A stretch of 64,000 bases of DNA from Desulfobaccales bacterium. Lineage in GTDB: Bacteria > Desulfobacterota > Desulfobaccia > Desulfobaccales > 0-14-0-80-60-11. The stretch covers positions 8,726 through 72,725 of the forward strand of contig JBAVUP010000161.1 of assembly GCA_049696835.1 (NCBI GenBank), in the 5' to 3' direction. The position numbers and the translations under genes were made by a program. The notes under the pieces are model-generated. The model did no database searches and was not told the DNA's origin. It worked only from the letters and a program-made list of their open reading frames with translations. Below, piece by piece: positions 1-11,120 of the stretch (the first letter of the stretch is position 1; every line of letters begins with the position of its first letter).

Positions 1-122
1 TTTCCGGCTACTTCCCTGGCTAATGATATGGACATAGTGCGTTTCTCCGGCGCGGCGCTCGGTAGCTCCCGCGTGTCAGGAGCCTGGTGGTCTGACGGCG
101 TTTCCTTCGCCGGGACGTCCGG

Positions 123-3100
123 TTACCCTAGCCCCAGCGCCGCGTCCACCTGGGCCCCCAGTTGTTCCAGGGTGAAGCCCGCCACATAAATGCCTTGCTT
201 GGGACAGGTGGCCATGCACGAACCGCAGCCCTTACACAGGACTTGATTCACTTCCACGGTCTTCTTCACATGGCCGTCTTTGACGTATTCCAACAGACTG
301 ATGGCGTGAAAGGGGCAGGCATCCACGCAAAAGGCGCAGCCGTCGCAATTTTCGTCCACGGGTCGGGAAATAATGGCCTCAAGCTCCAGGGTGTCCCGGG
401 ACAGGATAGTGCCGGCCCGGGAGGCGCAGGCCAGGGCCTCGGCAATCGATTCCTCGATGGGCTTGGGATAATGGCAGAGGCCCGCCATGAAGATGCCCGC
501 GGTGCTGGACTCCACCGGCTTGATCTTGGCGTGGGCCTCCGAGAAGAACCCATCGGCATTGAGGTGCACCTTGTACAGATCCGCCAACGTCGCATTCTGG
601 TGGGGAATAATGGCGGTGGCCAGCGTCAGCAGGTCCACCTCCAATGCCATCGGCAGCAGCAGGTCCTGATCCTCGAAGGTGATGACCATCTTGTCCCCGG
701 CCGCTTGCACCTGGGGGGGATTATCCACCGGGTAGCGGCAGAACCGCACCCCCTTTTCCCGCGCGGCGAGATAGAGCGTCTCCCGCTCTCCGTAGGTGCG
801 CATATCCCGGTACAGGATAGTCACCTCCATATCCGGATTCATGTTCTTCAGCCGGATGGCGTTCTCCACGGAATGGCTGCAGCACACCCGGTTGCAGTAC
901 GGCCGCTCCGGGATGCGGGAGCCCACGCATTGTATAAAGGCCACGCCCTGGGCTTGCTTCACCCGCTCGGTGCCCCGGGCCAGTTCCCGATCCAGGTCCA
1001 GGGAAAGCAACACGTTGGGATGCTGTTTGTAGAGAAATTCGCCTTCCGGCCGCAGGGGTTCGGCCCCGATGGCGATGATGACGATGCCGTGCTCGATCTC
1101 CTGGCCGGTGGACAGCTTGGATTTATAATTGCCCACCGAACCGGACACATCGTCCACCATGGCCAGATAATGGACGGTGATCTTGGGATGCTTCTCCACA
1201 TTGTCGATCATGGCGTCCACCAGCACCTGCACCGGTTCGTTCCGCCAGGTGCTGTGGAGCTTACGGGCGTTCCCCCCCAGGTGGTCCAGCCGCTCCACCA
1301 GATGGACTTCGAAACCCTGATCCGCCAGGGCCATGGCGCTGGTCATGCCCGCCATGCCGCCGCCGACCACCAGAGCCCGCTTGTTCACCGGCACCGACAG
1401 GTATTTCAGGGGCTCCAGCAATCTGGCCTTGGCTATGCCCATGCGGATCAGGTCCTGGCATTTTCCCGTGGCCTTATCCGGCTCCTGCTGGTGCACCCAG
1501 GTGCACTGGTTGCGGATGTTGGTCATCTCGAACAGGTATTTGTTCAGGCCGGCTTCCCGGAGCATGTTCTGGAACATGGCCCCGTGGGTCGTGGGGCTGC
1601 AGGCCGCCACCACCACCCGGTTCAGCCGGTGCTCCTTGATCATCTGCACCATCTGGTTCTGGGAGTCCTGGGAACAGGTGAACAGGTTATCCTGCACGTA
1701 TTCCACGTGGGGGAGGGTGCGGGTGTTTTCCACGATGGCCGGGATGTCGGCCACGCCGGCGATATTCAGGCCGCAATGGCAGATGAACACCCCCACCCGG
1801 GGTTCTTCCGCCGAAACCTCTCTTTCCGGCGGAAACGACCTTTCCCGCTGCATGGTTCCCCGGGACGCGGCCAGATCCCGGGCGGCGGCGGCGGCGGCGG
1901 CGCTTCCTTCCACGACCGAATCCGGAATATCCTTGGGCCCGGTAAACGCGCCGCACGCATAGATCCCCGGCTGGGAGGTGGCCACCGGCGTGCAGCAATT
2001 GGTCTTCACAAAGTTGTTGTCGGAAATCTCTATGCGCATGGTCTCGGCCAGGGCCGCGTTTTCCTTAGGGCTCGTCAGGCCGATGGACAGGACCACCAGG
2101 TCAAAGGCTTCGGTTCGGATGCCGTTGGTTTCGTCCACATAGGACACTTCCAGATTGTGGGTGCGGGGGTTCTGGATCACCCGGGAAACCATGGCCCGCA
2201 CGTATCTGATGTTATGGGCCTCTTTGGCCTGCTGATAGTAACGCTCAAAGCCCTTGCCGTGCGCCCTGAGATCAATGAAGAAAATCGTGGGCTGGATTTT
2301 GGCGTCATGCTCCTGGGCGATGATGGCCTGCTTGGTGGCGTACATGCAGCACACCGATGAGCAGTAGGGCCGGCCCTGCGCGGCATCCCGGGAGCCGACG
2401 CACTGGATCCAGGCGATCTTTTCCGGCTCCGTCCCGTCGGAGGGGCGCTGGATATGCGCATGGGTCGGGCCGCTGGCGGACAAGATTCGTTCGAATTCCA
2501 GGGACGTCATCACATTGGGATAGCGCCCGTAGCCGTATTCTCCCTTCAACCGGGCATCGAACGGCTGGAACCCCGGCGCCAGGATCACGGCCCCCACCTC
2601 CAGATGCACGACCTTATCCGTCTGGGAAAAATCCACCGCCTGGGAAGGACAGAACTTCTCGCAGGCCCGGCATTTGCCTTTGCGAAAATAAATGCATTGC
2701 TCCTGGTCGATGGCATATTTCAACGGCACCGCCTGGGGGTAGAGGACATAGGCGGCTTTGCGGGCATTGAGCCCCTGGTTGAACTCATCGGGCACCTTTT
2801 TGGGGCATTTTTCCGCGCATATGCCGCAGGCGATACACTTGCTCGCATCGATGAACCGGGCCCGCTGCAGCACCTCGACCGTATAATTGCCTTCCTGGCC
2901 AGAGATGCCCGCCACCTCCGCCGGCGCTAAAATCTCGATATTTAAATGCCGCCCCACCTCCACCAGCTTCGGGGCCAGGGTACACATGGAACAGTCATTG
3001 GTGGGAAAGGTCTTGTCCAACATCGGCATGACGCCGCCGATGGCGGGTTTTTTCTCCACCAGGTACACGTAAAAGCCGCTTTCCGCTAAATCCAGGGCCG

Positions 3101-3182
3101 CCTGCAGGCCCGCGATGCCGCCGCCTACCACCAGGACTGCGCCGATTTTCTCGGCTCTGCTGTTTGATCCCTTTGCCACCAT
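123..3182 (-). CDS. hdrA: Large HdrA-like FAD/Fe-S oxidoreductase (two HdrA-type modules fused, ~1019 aa)
   Basis: ORF 123..3407, with the start trimmed to MVAKGSNS (ATG at 3182, 15 nt after the upstream stop). It has two GxGxxG motifs (VVGGGIAGL, VVGGGMAGM) and an HdrA-type Cys segment (VFICHCGLNIAG...AACSPTTH). Several CxxCxxCxxxCP ferredoxin motifs are present. A poly-Ala linker is encoded by a (GGC)n run near 1881-1901. Confidence 0.85.
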   Translation of the reverse strand: MVAKGSNSRAEKIGAVLVVGGGIAGLQAALDLAESGFYVYLVEKKPAIGGVMPMLDKTFPTNDCSMCTLAPKLVEVGRHLNIEILAPAEVAGISGQEGNYTVEVLQRARFIDASKCIACGICAEKCPKKVPDEFNQGLNARKAAYVLYPQAVPLKYAIDQEQCIYFRKGKCRACEKFCPSQAVDFSQTDKVVHLEVGAVILAPGFQPFDARLKGEYGYGRYPNVMTSLEFERILSASGPTHAHIQRPSDGTEPEKIAWIQCVGSRDAAQGRPYCSSVCCMYATKQAIIAQEHDAKIQPTIFFIDLRAHGKGFERYYQQAKEAHNIRYVRAMVSRVIQNPRTHNLEVSYVDETNGIRTEAFDLVVLSIGLTSPKENAALAETMRIEISDNNFVKTNCCTPVATSQPGIYACGAFTGPKDIPDSVVEGSAAAAAAARDLAASRGTMQRERSFPPEREVSAEEPRVGVFICHCGLNIAGVADIPAIVENTRTLPHVEYVQDNLFTCSQDSQNQMVQMIKEHRLNRVVVAACSPTTHGAMFQNMLREAGLNKYLFEMTNIRNQCTWVHQQEPDKATGKCQDLIRMGIAKARLLEPLKYLSVPVNKRALVVGGGMAGMTSAMALADQGFEVHLVERLDHLGGNARKLHSTWRNEPVQVLVDAMIDNVEKHPKITVHYLAMVDDVSGSVGNYKSKLSTGQEIEHGIVIIAIGAEPLRPEGEFLYKQHPNVLLSLDLDRELARGTERVKQAQGVAFIQCVGSRIPERPYCNRVCCSHSVENAIRLKNMNPDMEVTILYRDMRTYGERETLYLAAREKGVRFCRYPVDNPPQVQAAGDKMVITFEDQDLLLPMALEVDLLTLATAIIPHQNATLADLYKVHLNADGFFSEAHAKIKPVESSTAGIFMAGLCHYPKPIEESIAEALACASRAGTILSRDTLELEAIISRPVDENCDGCAFCVDACPFHAISLLEYVKDGHVKKTVEVNQVLCKGCGSCMATCPKQGIYVAGFTLEQLGAQVDAALGLG

Positions 3183-3196
3183 GTATCTAACCTCGG

Positions 3197-4048
3197 TTAC
3201 GCTAAGCCCTTCATCTTTAATAACGGCATGGGGTCCACCAGGTGCTGCGCCAGCCACTTGGAGGCCTGGGGCAGCCCCAGGGCCAGGCCGATCAATTCGG
3301 TGAAGTAAAACACCGGCAAATAATAGTCCTTGCCGAACTTCTGGGCGATCCGCTCCTGGGAGAGATCCAGGTTGGCCTGGCACATCTGGCAGGAGACCAC
3401 GAAACAATCGGCCTTGGCGATCAGGGCCTGCTCATAGAGGCCCTGCACGAGGGTGTCGATGATGTCCGGGCGGGCCAAGGCCAGGCCCGCGCCGCAACAG
3501 TCGGTCTTGAAAGACCATTCCCGGGGCGTGGCGCCCAACACCTCGAGCAAACGCTCCATGTGTTGCGGGTTTTCATAATCCTTCCTGCCGGTCACAGCCG
3601 GCGGCCGGGACACCAGGCAGCCATAGTAGCTTACCGCCTGGAGATTATGGAGCGGCATGACCACCTTGGCGGCGATGTTCTCCAGGAAGTCAGGTTGCGT
3701 CAGATAGTCCAACAGATCCCAAATTTTGATCTCGCCTTTATAGTCAATGCCCAACTCCTCCCCGGCCGGGCCCTGCAAGGCGTGCTCCGCTGTCTTGAGC
3801 CGGTTGAAGCACAGGGCGCAGGGCGCCACCACATCACGTCCGGCTTGCTCCGCCAACGCCAGGTTGCGGGCCGGCAGACTCAAGGCGAGCCGGTGGTTGA
3901 GGCTGTGCGCCGAACTGGCCCCACAACAGTTCCAATCGAAGAGCTCCACCAGTTCCACGTCCAACAGGGGAGCAACGGCGGCGATGGACGCGCGGTAGTC
4001 CACCGCAGTGCCTTCCAGCGAGCAGCCCGGATAGTAGGTCACTTTCAT
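3197..4048 (-). CDS. hdrB: HdrB-like CCG-domain subunit
   Basis: N-terminus is MKVTYYPGCSLEGTA. Duplicated Cys-rich CCG-type segments are present (NCCGASS, DCCGAG). The gene is tightly packed between the hdrC-like and hdrA-like genes. Confidence 0.85.
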   Translation of the reverse strand: MKVTYYPGCSLEGTAVDYRASIAAVAPLLDVELVELFDWNCCGASSAHSLNHRLALSLPARNLALAEQAGRDVVAPCALCFNRLKTAEHALQGPAGEELGIDYKGEIKIWDLLDYLTQPDFLENIAAKVVMPLHNLQAVSYYGCLVSRPPAVTGRKDYENPQHMERLLEVLGATPREWSFKTDCCGAGLALARPDIIDTLVQGLYEQALIAKADCFVVSCQMCQANLDLSQERIAQKFGKDYYLPVFYFTELIGLALGLPQASKWLAQHLVDPMPLLKMKGLA

Positions 4049-4051
4049 AAG

Positions 4052-4630
4052 CTAAAAATCAGCCTCCCGGAATAGTTTGGCGATCTCCGCCTTGCCTCGC
4101 AACGCCGACGGGCCCAACAGACGCACCCGCCCCCGCTTAAACAGTTTCCACCCCAAGCGCATATTCTGCTTCAATTCCGCCAGGTTCCATTGCCGCCGCA
4201 GGCGAAACAGCGTAAACCGCCGCAGGAGCAGGCTCTCCGGCAGGCGGCCCCCCGCGTCCCGGATGCCCTGCAGGAAAAAGCGGTGGAAGGCCGCCACCTC
4301 GGGATCGGGGATGGATCGGCCCCGTTTCACCGCTTCCTCTTTGAGCCAGTCCATGGTACCGGCAATGTCGATGCCGTTGGGACAGCGGGTGGTACAGGTC
4401 TGGCAGCCGGCACAGACCCAGATGGTGCGCGAGTCCAACACCAGGTCCTCCTGGCCCAACAGCGCCAAACGGATGACATGGTGCGGCAACAGATCCATGG
4501 CAAAGGTCAGGGGGCAGCCTCCGGAACATTTCCGGCATTGAAAGCAGGTAGTTACCGTGAGGCCGGCTCGCGCCAGGACGCCCGACATGGTCTCCTGGGG
4601 CTTCAGAGGTTGATTAGCTGTGTTTTCCAT
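4052..4630 (-). CDS. hdrC: HdrC-like 2x[4Fe-4S] ferredoxin subunit
   Basis: Two Cys clusters are present: CFQCRKCSGGCP and CAGCQTCTTRCP. There is a 3-nt gap to hdrB. Confidence 0.8.
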   Translation of the reverse strand: MENTANQPLKPQETMSGVLARAGLTVTTCFQCRKCSGGCPLTFAMDLLPHHVIRLALLGQEDLVLDSRTIWVCAGCQTCTTRCPNGIDIAGTMDWLKEEAVKRGRSIPDPEVAAFHRFFLQGIRDAGGRLPESLLLRRFTLFRLRRQWNLAELKQNMRLGWKLFKRGRVRLLGPSALRGKAEIAKLFREADF

Positions 4631-4668
4631 GAAACCCTCTAGTCTCCTCTCAGGTAAACAATATTTAG

Positions 4669-4698
4669 TTTATATCTCCAAACCGCTGCATTTTGCAA
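4669..4698 (-). promoter_or_regulatory. Possible sigma70-type promoter for hdrCBA
   Basis: The minus strand reads TTGCAA-N18-TATAAA about 40 nt upstream of the hdrC ATG. This is a hexamer match only. Confidence 0.3.
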
Positions 4699-4740
4699 TG
4701 AAAGAAATTTTGGCGACCATGGGAGGAGCGCCGGGACAAG

Positions 4741-4768
4741 AAAAAAGGGTCAGGCCGTTTGACCTAAC
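4741..4768 (-). terminator. Intrinsic terminator after tRNA-Asp
   Basis: The minus strand has a GGTCA...TGACC hairpin followed by CTTTTTT, directly 3' of the tRNA. Confidence 0.55.
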
Positions 4769-4781
4769 CCCTTGATTTCAT

Positions 4782-4858
<77 letters not shown>

Positions 4859-4869
4859 GGGATGATGAG

Positions 4870-4892
4870 TTCAAAGTTCAAAGTTCAAAGTT
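4870..4892. repeat. Heptanucleotide tandem array (TTCAAAG)x3 in the tRNA spacer
   Basis: Direct reading shows ttcaaagttcaaagttcaaagtt. A second mini-array (AACCTTG)x2 lies at 4921-4937. Confidence 0.9.
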
Positions 4893-4944
4893 AGGGCTCA
4901 AGTCCATGAGAAATTAACAAAACCTTGAACCTTGAACAAAAATC

Positions 4945-5020
4945 TGGTAGGCGGAACAGGGCTCGAACCTGTGACCCCCGGCTTGTAAGGCCGATGCTCT
5001 CCCAGCTGAGCTATCCGCCC
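4945..5020 (-). tRNA. tRNA-Val (TAC)
   Basis: Reverse complement is GGGCGGATAGCTCAGCTGGGAGAGCATCGGCCTTACAAGCCGGGGGTCACAGGTTCGAGCCCTGTTCCGCCTACCA. The anticodon loop is CTTACAA and CCA is encoded. Pair 1-72 is a G-U wobble. Confidence 0.93.
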
Positions 5021-5066
5021 GCCCGCGTTATAGTCACCCAAGGCGCGGCTTCTGTCAAGGAGGAAA

Positions 5067-5095
5067 GTGAGCAGTGAGCTGTAAGCAGTGAACAG
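5067..5095. repeat. Heptanucleotide array (GTRAGCW-like)x4
   Basis: Sequence is gtgagca gtgagct gtaagca gtgaaca g. It is the same unit family as 26111-26167, in opposite orientation. Confidence 0.85.
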
Positions 5096-5146
5096 TTTTT
5101 GGCTATATTGGCAAGACTTGATAGTCCGTGGCAAGCTGCTCACAGT

Positions 5147-7597
5147 CTAATGCGCCTGAATCTCGGCGATGGCTGGCTCCGTCGGCACGTACACCGCTTC
5201 CGGCGGCAGCGGCGGCGCCTTGAACAGGCTATCGGGATCGTCCAGGACCAAAGCCTTTTTCAGCACTTCGTCCATGTGATCCACGGGCACCAGGTCCACC
5301 ACCTTGAGAATCCGGGCCGGGATCTCCTTGATATCCTTTACATTGTCCCGGGGGATGAGCACGGTCTTGATCTGGTGGCGGTGGGCCGCCATGATCTTTT
5401 CCTTCAGCCCCCCGATGGGCAGGACCCGCCCCCGCAGGGTGATTTCCCCAGTCATGGCCACGTCGCGATAGACCGGTATCTTCAGCAAAGCGGAGACAAT
5501 GCAAGTGGCGATGGTAATCCCGGCGGAAGGGCCATCCTTGGGAATAGCGCCCTCCGGCACGTGGACGTGGATGTCGATCCGGCGGTAAAACTCCGCCGGC
5601 AGCCCCAGGTATTCGGCCTTGGAACGCACATAGCTCAAGGCGGCCTGGGCCGACTCCTGCATGACTTCCCCGAGCTTGCCGGTGATCAGGAGTTTGCCCC
5701 GGCCGGGCAAAACCACCACCTCGGTATGGAGGAGTTCGCCCCCGAATTCGGTCCAGGCCAGACCGGTGGTGAGACCCACTTCGTCGGCCTCTTCGGTGCG
5801 GCCGAAGCGGAACCTGGGAACCCCCAGGTACTTGGGCACTATCTGGCTGGTGACCTTGACCTGGTGGTCTTTGCCCTTGGCCGCCACCTCCCGGGCTACC
5901 TTCCGGATGACGGAGGCGATTTCCCGCTCCAGGTTCCGCACCCCCGCTTCCCGGGTGTATTGCCGGACGATGGTCAGAATGGCGTTTTCCGAGAACTGGA
6001 TGTTCTCCTGGCTCAGGCCGTTGGCGGCGCACTGTTTGCGGATCAAAAATTGCTCGGCGATGTGAAGCTTCTCCACTTCGGTATAGCCGGCCAGGCGGAT
6101 GATCTCCATCCGATCCTGGAGCGGCGGCGGGATGGAATAGAGATTATTGGCCGTAGTAATGAACATCACTTCGGACAGGTCGTAGTCGACGTCCAGATAA
6201 TGATCATTGAACGCGATGTTCTGTTCCGGGTCCAGGACCTCCAGGAGGGCCGCGGACGGGTCGCCCCGAAAATCCGTGCTCATCTTGTCCACTTCATCCA
6301 GACAGAAGACTGGGTTGTTGGTCTTGGCCTTCTTGAGGGACTGCATGATCTTGCCGGGCAAGGCCCCGATGTAAGTGCGCCGGTGGCCGCGAATCTCGGC
6401 TTCGTCCCGCACGCCTCCCAAAGATAGGCGCACAAAGTTCCGGTCCAGCGCCCGGGCCACCGACTTGGCCAGGGAGGTCTTGCCCACCCCCGGCGGCCCC
6501 ACCAGACAGAGGATGGGGCCTTTCATCTTCTTCACCAGGCTCTGCACCGCCAGGTGCTCGAGGATGCGCTCCTTGGGCTTCTCCAGGCCGTAGTGGTCTT
6601 CTTCCAGGATATGCTCCGCCTCTTCCAGGTTATGCTTGTCTTTGGTCCGCTCGTACCAGGGCAGGGACAGGAGCCAGTCGATATAGTTCCGGGACACCGT
6701 GGCCTCCGCCGACATGGGGCTCATGAGCTTCAGCTTCTTCACCTCATGCTTCACCTTGCCGGTGGCTTCGGCGCTCATCTTTTTCCTACGGATGCGGCGC
6801 TCCAGTTCCTGGATTTCGCCTTTGAGATCCTCCTTTTCCCCCATCTCCTTCTGGATGGCCCGCATCTGTTCGTTGAGGTAGTACTCCCGCTGGGTCTTTT
6901 CCATCTGTTTCTTGACCCGGTTCTTGATGCGGGATTCGATCTGGAGGATTTCGTTTTCCCGGTTGACCAGGCCCACCACCTGTTCCAGGCGGCGGGTGGC
7001 GTCCAGGGTTTCCAGCAGGGCCTGCTTCTCATCCGACTTGATGGCCAGATGACCGGCGATGGTGTCCGACAGGCGTCCCGGGTCATCCACCCCCACCAGG
7101 CTCTGCATGGCCTCCTGGGGTACCTTCTTGTTCAGCTTGCTATAGGTCTCGAAGCCGCTCACCGCGGCGCGGCGCAAGGCCTCGGTCTCGGAGGTAATCT
7201 CCCAGGACTCCATGAGTTCCTCGGCCTCCACCTGGAAGAACTGGCTCATGGGCAGGAATTGGCGCGCAATGGCCCGGCCCTTGCCCTCCACCAGCACCTT
7301 GACGGTGCCGTCCGGCAGGCGCAGAAGCTGTAAGATGGCCGCCAGGGTGCCCACCCGGTGAATCTCCCCCTCCCGGGGTTCATCCTTGCGGGGGTCCTTC
7401 TGGGTGCACAGCAGGATATATTTTTCCTGCCCCATGGCGTATTCCAGGGCATGGATGGATCGCTCCCGCCCGATGAACAACGGCACCACCATGTGGGGGA
7501 AGATGACGATATCTCTGAGGGGCAACATGGGCACCGTGAGCATATGGCGTTTATCTCCTTCCCCGGTTGCGCGGATCTTGGGTAATCGGAAGATCAT
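5147..7597 (-). CDS. lon: ATP-dependent Lon protease
   Basis: Carries the [24 protein letters not shown]-domain, Walker [10 protein letters not shown] and catalytic [11 protein letters not shown]-track start 7702 would overlap clpX by about 100 nt. I prefer the ATG at 7597 (TAATG overlap with the clpX stop); the ATG at 7543 is an alternative. Confidence 0.95.
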   Translation of the reverse strand: MIFRLPKIRATGEGDKRHMLTVPMLPLRDIVIFPHMVVPLFIGRERSIHALEYAMGQEKYILLCTQKDPRKDEPREGEIHRVGTLAAILQLLRLPDGTVKVLVEGKGRAIARQFLPMSQFFQVEAEELMESWEITSETEALRRAAVSGFETYSKLNKKVPQEAMQSLVGVDDPGRLSDTIAGHLAIKSDEKQALLETLDATRRLEQVVGLVNRENEILQIESRIKNRVKKQMEKTQREYYLNEQMRAIQKEMGEKEDLKGEIQELERRIRRKKMSAEATGKVKHEVKKLKLMSPMSAEATVSRNYIDWLLSLPWYERTKDKHNLEEAEHILEEDHYGLEKPKERILEHLAVQSLVKKMKGPILCLVGPPGVGKTSLAKSVARALDRNFVRLSLGGVRDEAEIRGHRRTYIGALPGKIMQSLKKAKTNNPVFCLDEVDKMSTDFRGDPSAALLEVLDPEQNIAFNDHYLDVDYDLSEVMFITTANNLYSIPPPLQDRMEIIRLAGYTEVEKLHIAEQFLIRKQCAANGLSQENIQFSENAILTIVRQYTREAGVRNLEREIASVIRKVAREVAAKGKDHQVKVTSQIVPKYLGVPRFRFGRTEEADEVGLTTGLAWTEFGGELLHTEVVVLPGRGKLLITGKLGEVMQESAQAALSYVRSKAEYLGLPAEFYRRIDIHVHVPEGAIPKDGPSAGITIATCIVSALLKIPVYRDVAMTGEITLRGRVLPIGGLKEKIMAAHRHQIKTVLIPRDNVKDIKEIPARILKVVDLVPVDHMDEVLKKALVLDDPDSLFKAPPLPPEAVYVPTEPAIAEIQAH

Positions 7598-8877
7598 TAT
7601 TGCACCGCCACGCCGGGCTTGTCCCAGGCCTCGTCCTCGGTCGTCCGAAAGGTGAGAATCGGCTCGCCCTGCTTGATGATGAAGTCCGCATTGATCAGGC
7701 AATCCTGGACATCTTTGAGAGACGGCAGTTCATACATCAGGTCGAGCATGGCCCGCTCCAGGATGGCTCTCAGACCCCGGGCCCCGGACTTGCGTTTCAG
7801 GGCTTCTTTGGCTACCGCCACCAGGGCGTCGTCGGTAAAACTCAAGTTTACCCGGTCCAGTTCCAGAAGTTTCTGATACTGCTTCACCAGGGCGTTCTTG
7901 GGTTCCCGGAGAATCCGCACCAGGGCGTCCTCATTCAGTTCGTCCAGGGTGGCGATGACCGGCAGGCGTCCCACGAACTCCGGGATGAGACCGAACTTCA
8001 GCAGATCCTGGGGATGGAGCTGGGCCAGGGTCTCACCCAGGGGCCGCTGGGCCCGGCTCTGGATGTCGGCCCCGAACCCCATGGCCTTGCGGCCGATGCG
8101 GGTCCCGATGATATCCTCCAGGCCGTTGAACGCCCCCCCGCAGATGAACAGGATATTGGTGGTGTCCACCTTGATGAACTCCTGTTGCGGGTGTTTGCGC
8201 CCCCCTTTGGGCGGGACCGAGGCCAGGGTGCCCTCGATGATTTTGAGCAGGGCCTGCTGCACCCCCTCCCCGGAGACGTCCCGGGTGATGGAGGGGCTGT
8301 CCGTCTTGCGGGCGATCTTGTCCACTTCGTCGATGTACACGATCCCCCGGGAGGCCTTCTCCACGTCGTAATCCGCCACCTGCAGAAGATTGAGGATGAT
8401 GTTTTCCACATCCTCGCCCACGTAGCCGGCCTCCGTCAGGGTGGTGGCGTCCGCAATGGTGAACGGCACGTTCAGGATTCGGGCCAGGGTCTGGGCCAGC
8501 AAGGTCTTGCCGGACCCCGTGGGGCCCACCAGCAGGATATTGCTCTTTTGGAGCTCCACCCCGTCCAGGTCCACCCCGGCGTTAATGCGCTTATAGTGGT
8601 TGTACACCGCCACCGACAGGATCTTCTTGGCCCGTTCCTGGCCGATGACGTATTCGTCGATCTGTTGTTTGATGATCGACGGCTCGGGGATGGCGAGCCT
8701 GGCATGTTTGGCGTCGTCTTTCTCGTATTCTTCCGCGATGATGTCGTTACACAACTCGATACACTCGTCGCAGATGTAGACACCGGGGCCGGCAATGAGC
8801 TTCTTCACCTCGCCCTGGCTTTTGCCGCAAAACGAACACAGCAGGTCGGCACTCTTGTCGGTACCGCGTTTACTCAT
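7597..8877 (-). CDS. clpX: ATP-dependent Clp protease ATP-binding subunit ClpX
   Basis: Has the N-terminal C4 zinc finger (CSFCGKS...CDECI), Walker A GPTGSGKT, pore loop GYVGEDV and a ClpP-docking MGF loop. The likely start is MSKRGTD at 8877; the ORF track starts at 8895. Confidence 0.95.
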   Translation of the reverse strand: MSKRGTDKSADLLCSFCGKSQGEVKKLIAGPGVYICDECIELCNDIIAEEYEKDDAKHARLAIPEPSIIKQQIDEYVIGQERAKKILSVAVYNHYKRINAGVDLDGVELQKSNILLVGPTGSGKTLLAQTLARILNVPFTIADATTLTEAGYVGEDVENIILNLLQVADYDVEKASRGIVYIDEVDKIARKTDSPSITRDVSGEGVQQALLKIIEGTLASVPPKGGRKHPQQEFIKVDTTNILFICGGAFNGLEDIIGTRIGRKAMGFGADIQSRAQRPLGETLAQLHPQDLLKFGLIPEFVGRLPVIATLDELNEDALVRILREPKNALVKQYQKLLELDRVNLSFTDDALVAVAKEALKRKSGARGLRAILERAMLDLMYELPSLKDVQDCLINADFIIKQGEPILTFRTTEDEAWDKPGVAVQ

Positions 8878-9000
8878 AGAAATTTTCCTCCCCAAACCCC
8901 GAACCGCAGCCGCGTCCAGGGTTTGGCTGTTTTGCTTCTCCGCCGCTCGTCAAGCCTGCATCACAGGTTTAGCGGCGCTGAGGTATGGCCCATCAGGCTC

Positions 9001-9615
9001 TCAGTCCTGATGTTTCGGGAAGGGGATAGCCGCTTCCCGATGGGTGATCACTGCATCAATCAGGCCGTATGCCTTGGCCTGCTCCCCGGACATATAAAAA
9101 TCCCGCTCCGTATCCCGGTTGATCCGGTCAATGGGTTGGCCCGTATGAATGGCCATGATCTCATTCAGTTCCTCCCGGAGACGCAAAATCTCCCGGGCCT
9201 GGATGTCCACGTCCGTGGCCTGCCCCTGGAAGCCGCCCAGGGGCTGGTGAATCAGGATCCGCGCATGGGGCAGGGCAAACCGCTTGCCCGGGCTGCCCGC
9301 CGCCAGGAGCAGCGCCGCCATGGACGCCGCCTGGCCCATACACAGGGTGGCTACCGGGCTCTTGATGTACTGCATGGTATCATATATCGCCATCCCCGCG
9401 GTTACCAGCCCGCCCGGGGAGTTGATATAAAAGTTGATTTCCTTATCAGGATCCTCCGCCTCCAAAAACAGCAACTGGGCGATCACCAGGTTGGCGATGT
9501 CATCGCTCACTATAGTGCCCAGAAAGATGATCCGGTCCCGCAGCAGTCGGGAATAGATGTCGTAAGCCCGTTCCCCCCGGCTGCTCTGTTCCACCACAAT
9601 GGGAATTAACTGCAT
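9001..9615 (-). CDS. clpP: ATP-dependent Clp protease proteolytic subunit ClpP
   Basis: Contains [25 protein letters not shown] and GQAASMAA (catalytic Ser). The likely start is MQLIPIV at 9615, just after the tig stop. Confidence 0.95.
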   Translation of the reverse strand: MQLIPIVVEQSSRGERAYDIYSRLLRDRIIFLGTIVSDDIANLVIAQLLFLEAEDPDKEINFYINSPGGLVTAGMAIYDTMQYIKSPVATLCMGQAASMAALLLAAGSPGKRFALPHARILIHQPLGGFQGQATDVDIQAREILRLREELNEIMAIHTGQPIDRINRDTERDFYMSGEQAKAYGLIDAVITHREAAIPFPKHQD

Positions 9616-9616
9616 G

Positions 9617-10957
9617 CTACTCCTTTGCAATCTCTGTACCCTCCTCGCCGCCGGGCGCAGAGACCGGGTTGATTTCGGCTTTTTCCAGTAACAGTTGCAT
9701 GGTCTGGTCGTCCAGGAGCTGCCTTCTTAAGGTCCCGATCAAATCGTGCTCCTCATAGAAATCCTTCACCTGGGCCACCTCCCGGCCGCTGTGCACCGCG
9801 ATGCGGGCCAGGGCGGCGTCCACTGCCGCGTCGTCCACCGCCAGGCCTTCCTGTTCGGCAATCCGCCCCAGCACCAGATTGACCCGCACCCGGCGCTCGG
9901 CCATGGGCTTCAGGACCTCCATCATCTTGGCCGTGTCCATATTGGCTATATTCATGCCCATCTGGCCATAGCGGTCCATCTGGTCCCGCAGCATATTCTC
10001 CTGTTCCTGGCTGATCAGGGAGGGCGGCACCTCGAAGGCGTGCCCGGCGAGCAATTTATCCGCCACCTGGTTTTCCAGGTAGGCCTTACGCTCCCTCTCC
10101 TTACCTTTAATAATATCCTGTCGCACCGCACTGCGCAAGTCAGCCATGGTCTGAAAATTACCGCCCAGGTTTTGAGCGAAGGTATCGTCCAGTTCGGCCA
10201 CCACCTTTTCTTTCACTTCAAGAATCTTGACCTGGAAATCCACTACCTTTCCGGCCAGGAGAGGATTGGCGAAATCCTCGGGCAGGGCCACCGCGAAGCG
10301 GGCCTCGGCCCCCGCTCTGAGGCCGATAAGGTTGCGTTCGAAATCGGGGTTGAACTTGCCGCTCCCCACCTCCATGTAAGTGCCTTCCGACTTGGCCCCT
10401 TCCACCGGCTGCCCCGCGAAGTAGCCCTGGTAATCCAGGACGACGAAGTCCCCTTCCTGGACCCCCCGGTCTTCCGCCGGCGGCTTTAAGAGGGCGTTGC
10501 CCTGCCGGATTTCCTCCAGGCGCTGCTCCACCTCGGCGTCGGTCACCTCGACTTCCGGGGCCTCGAGCTTGAAGCCCAGATAGTCCGCGGCGGTAAACTC
10601 CGGGGGGACCTCCAACTCCACGCTGTAGCGGTAATCCTGGCCGGCCACCACTGGCGGCGGCGACTCTGGCCATCTCAGGTTGACGGGCTCCAGGGCCTTG
10701 TCCTTCAGGACTTCCGCCAGGGACCGGCGCACCAGGGAGTCGGACACCTCCTGGTCGATCTCTTTGTGGTAATACATCTCCAGGATGGAGCGCGGCACCT
10801 TGCCCGGCCGGAAACCTTTGACTTTGGCCCGTTTTCCCAATTCCCGGTAGGCCCGGTCCACTTCCTGGGTCACCTCGGTGGAGGGCACCACAATCTTGAC
10901 TTTTCGTTTGACTTCACTGAGATTCTCAATCTCCACCTGCAATGCGCTGTCTGTCAT
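9617..10957 (-). CDS. tig: Trigger factor
   Basis: 446 aa and acidic, with the [14 protein letters not shown] ribosome-binding/PPIase-type signature. The tig-clpP-clpX-lon order is canonical. Confidence 0.93.
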   Translation of the reverse strand: MTDSALQVEIENLSEVKRKVKIVVPSTEVTQEVDRAYRELGKRAKVKGFRPGKVPRSILEMYYHKEIDQEVSDSLVRRSLAEVLKDKALEPVNLRWPESPPPVVAGQDYRYSVELEVPPEFTAADYLGFKLEAPEVEVTDAEVEQRLEEIRQGNALLKPPAEDRGVQEGDFVVLDYQGYFAGQPVEGAKSEGTYMEVGSGKFNPDFERNLIGLRAGAEARFAVALPEDFANPLLAGKVVDFQVKILEVKEKVVAELDDTFAQNLGGNFQTMADLRSAVRQDIIKGKERERKAYLENQVADKLLAGHAFEVPPSLISQEQENMLRDQMDRYGQMGMNIANMDTAKMMEVLKPMAERRVRVNLVLGRIAEQEGLAVDDAAVDAALARIAVHSGREVAQVKDFYEEHDLIGTLRRQLLDDQTMQLLLEKAEINPVSAPGGEEGTEIAKE

Positions 10958-11037
10958 GTTCTTAGCTCACCATTATCCTAAAATGTGATCATCATCAGGA
11001 GGGCATGTCCCCGGCCTGGCTCTCCCCCGCCGAGGTG

Positions 11038-11120
11038 TGCGAGAGGGGGGACTCGAACCCCCACGGTTGTCCCGCTGGAACCTAAATCCAGTGCGTCTGC
11101 CGAATTCCGCCACTCTCGCA
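11038..11120 (-). tRNA. tRNA-Leu (TAG)
   Basis: Reverse complement is GCGAGAGTGGCGGAATTCGGCAGACGCACTGGATTTAGGTTCCAGCGGGACAACCGTGGGGGTTCGAGTCCCCCCTCTCGCA. It has a long variable arm and anticodon loop TTTAGGT. CCA is not encoded. Confidence 0.92.

Noticed and set aside
1-35. Possible start of a further minus-strand gene downstream of hdrA. The ATG at 35 reads MSISLAREVAG..., with GGAGA 8 nt upstream.
   Set aside because: Only 11 codons are visible before the window edge. This is too little to support a feature call.
7598-7702. N-terminal extensions implied by the ORF track for lon (to 7702), the GATase gene (to 21122), the HDAC-like gene (to 46472), yggT (to 56641), rpsB (from 62153), ssb (to 22984) and the small lipoprotein (from 32554).
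   Set aside because: The extensions overlap neighbouring genes or are Arg/Pro/Gly-rich and unlike the family N-termini. Internal ATGs with RBS-like sequences reproduce the canonical N-termini.
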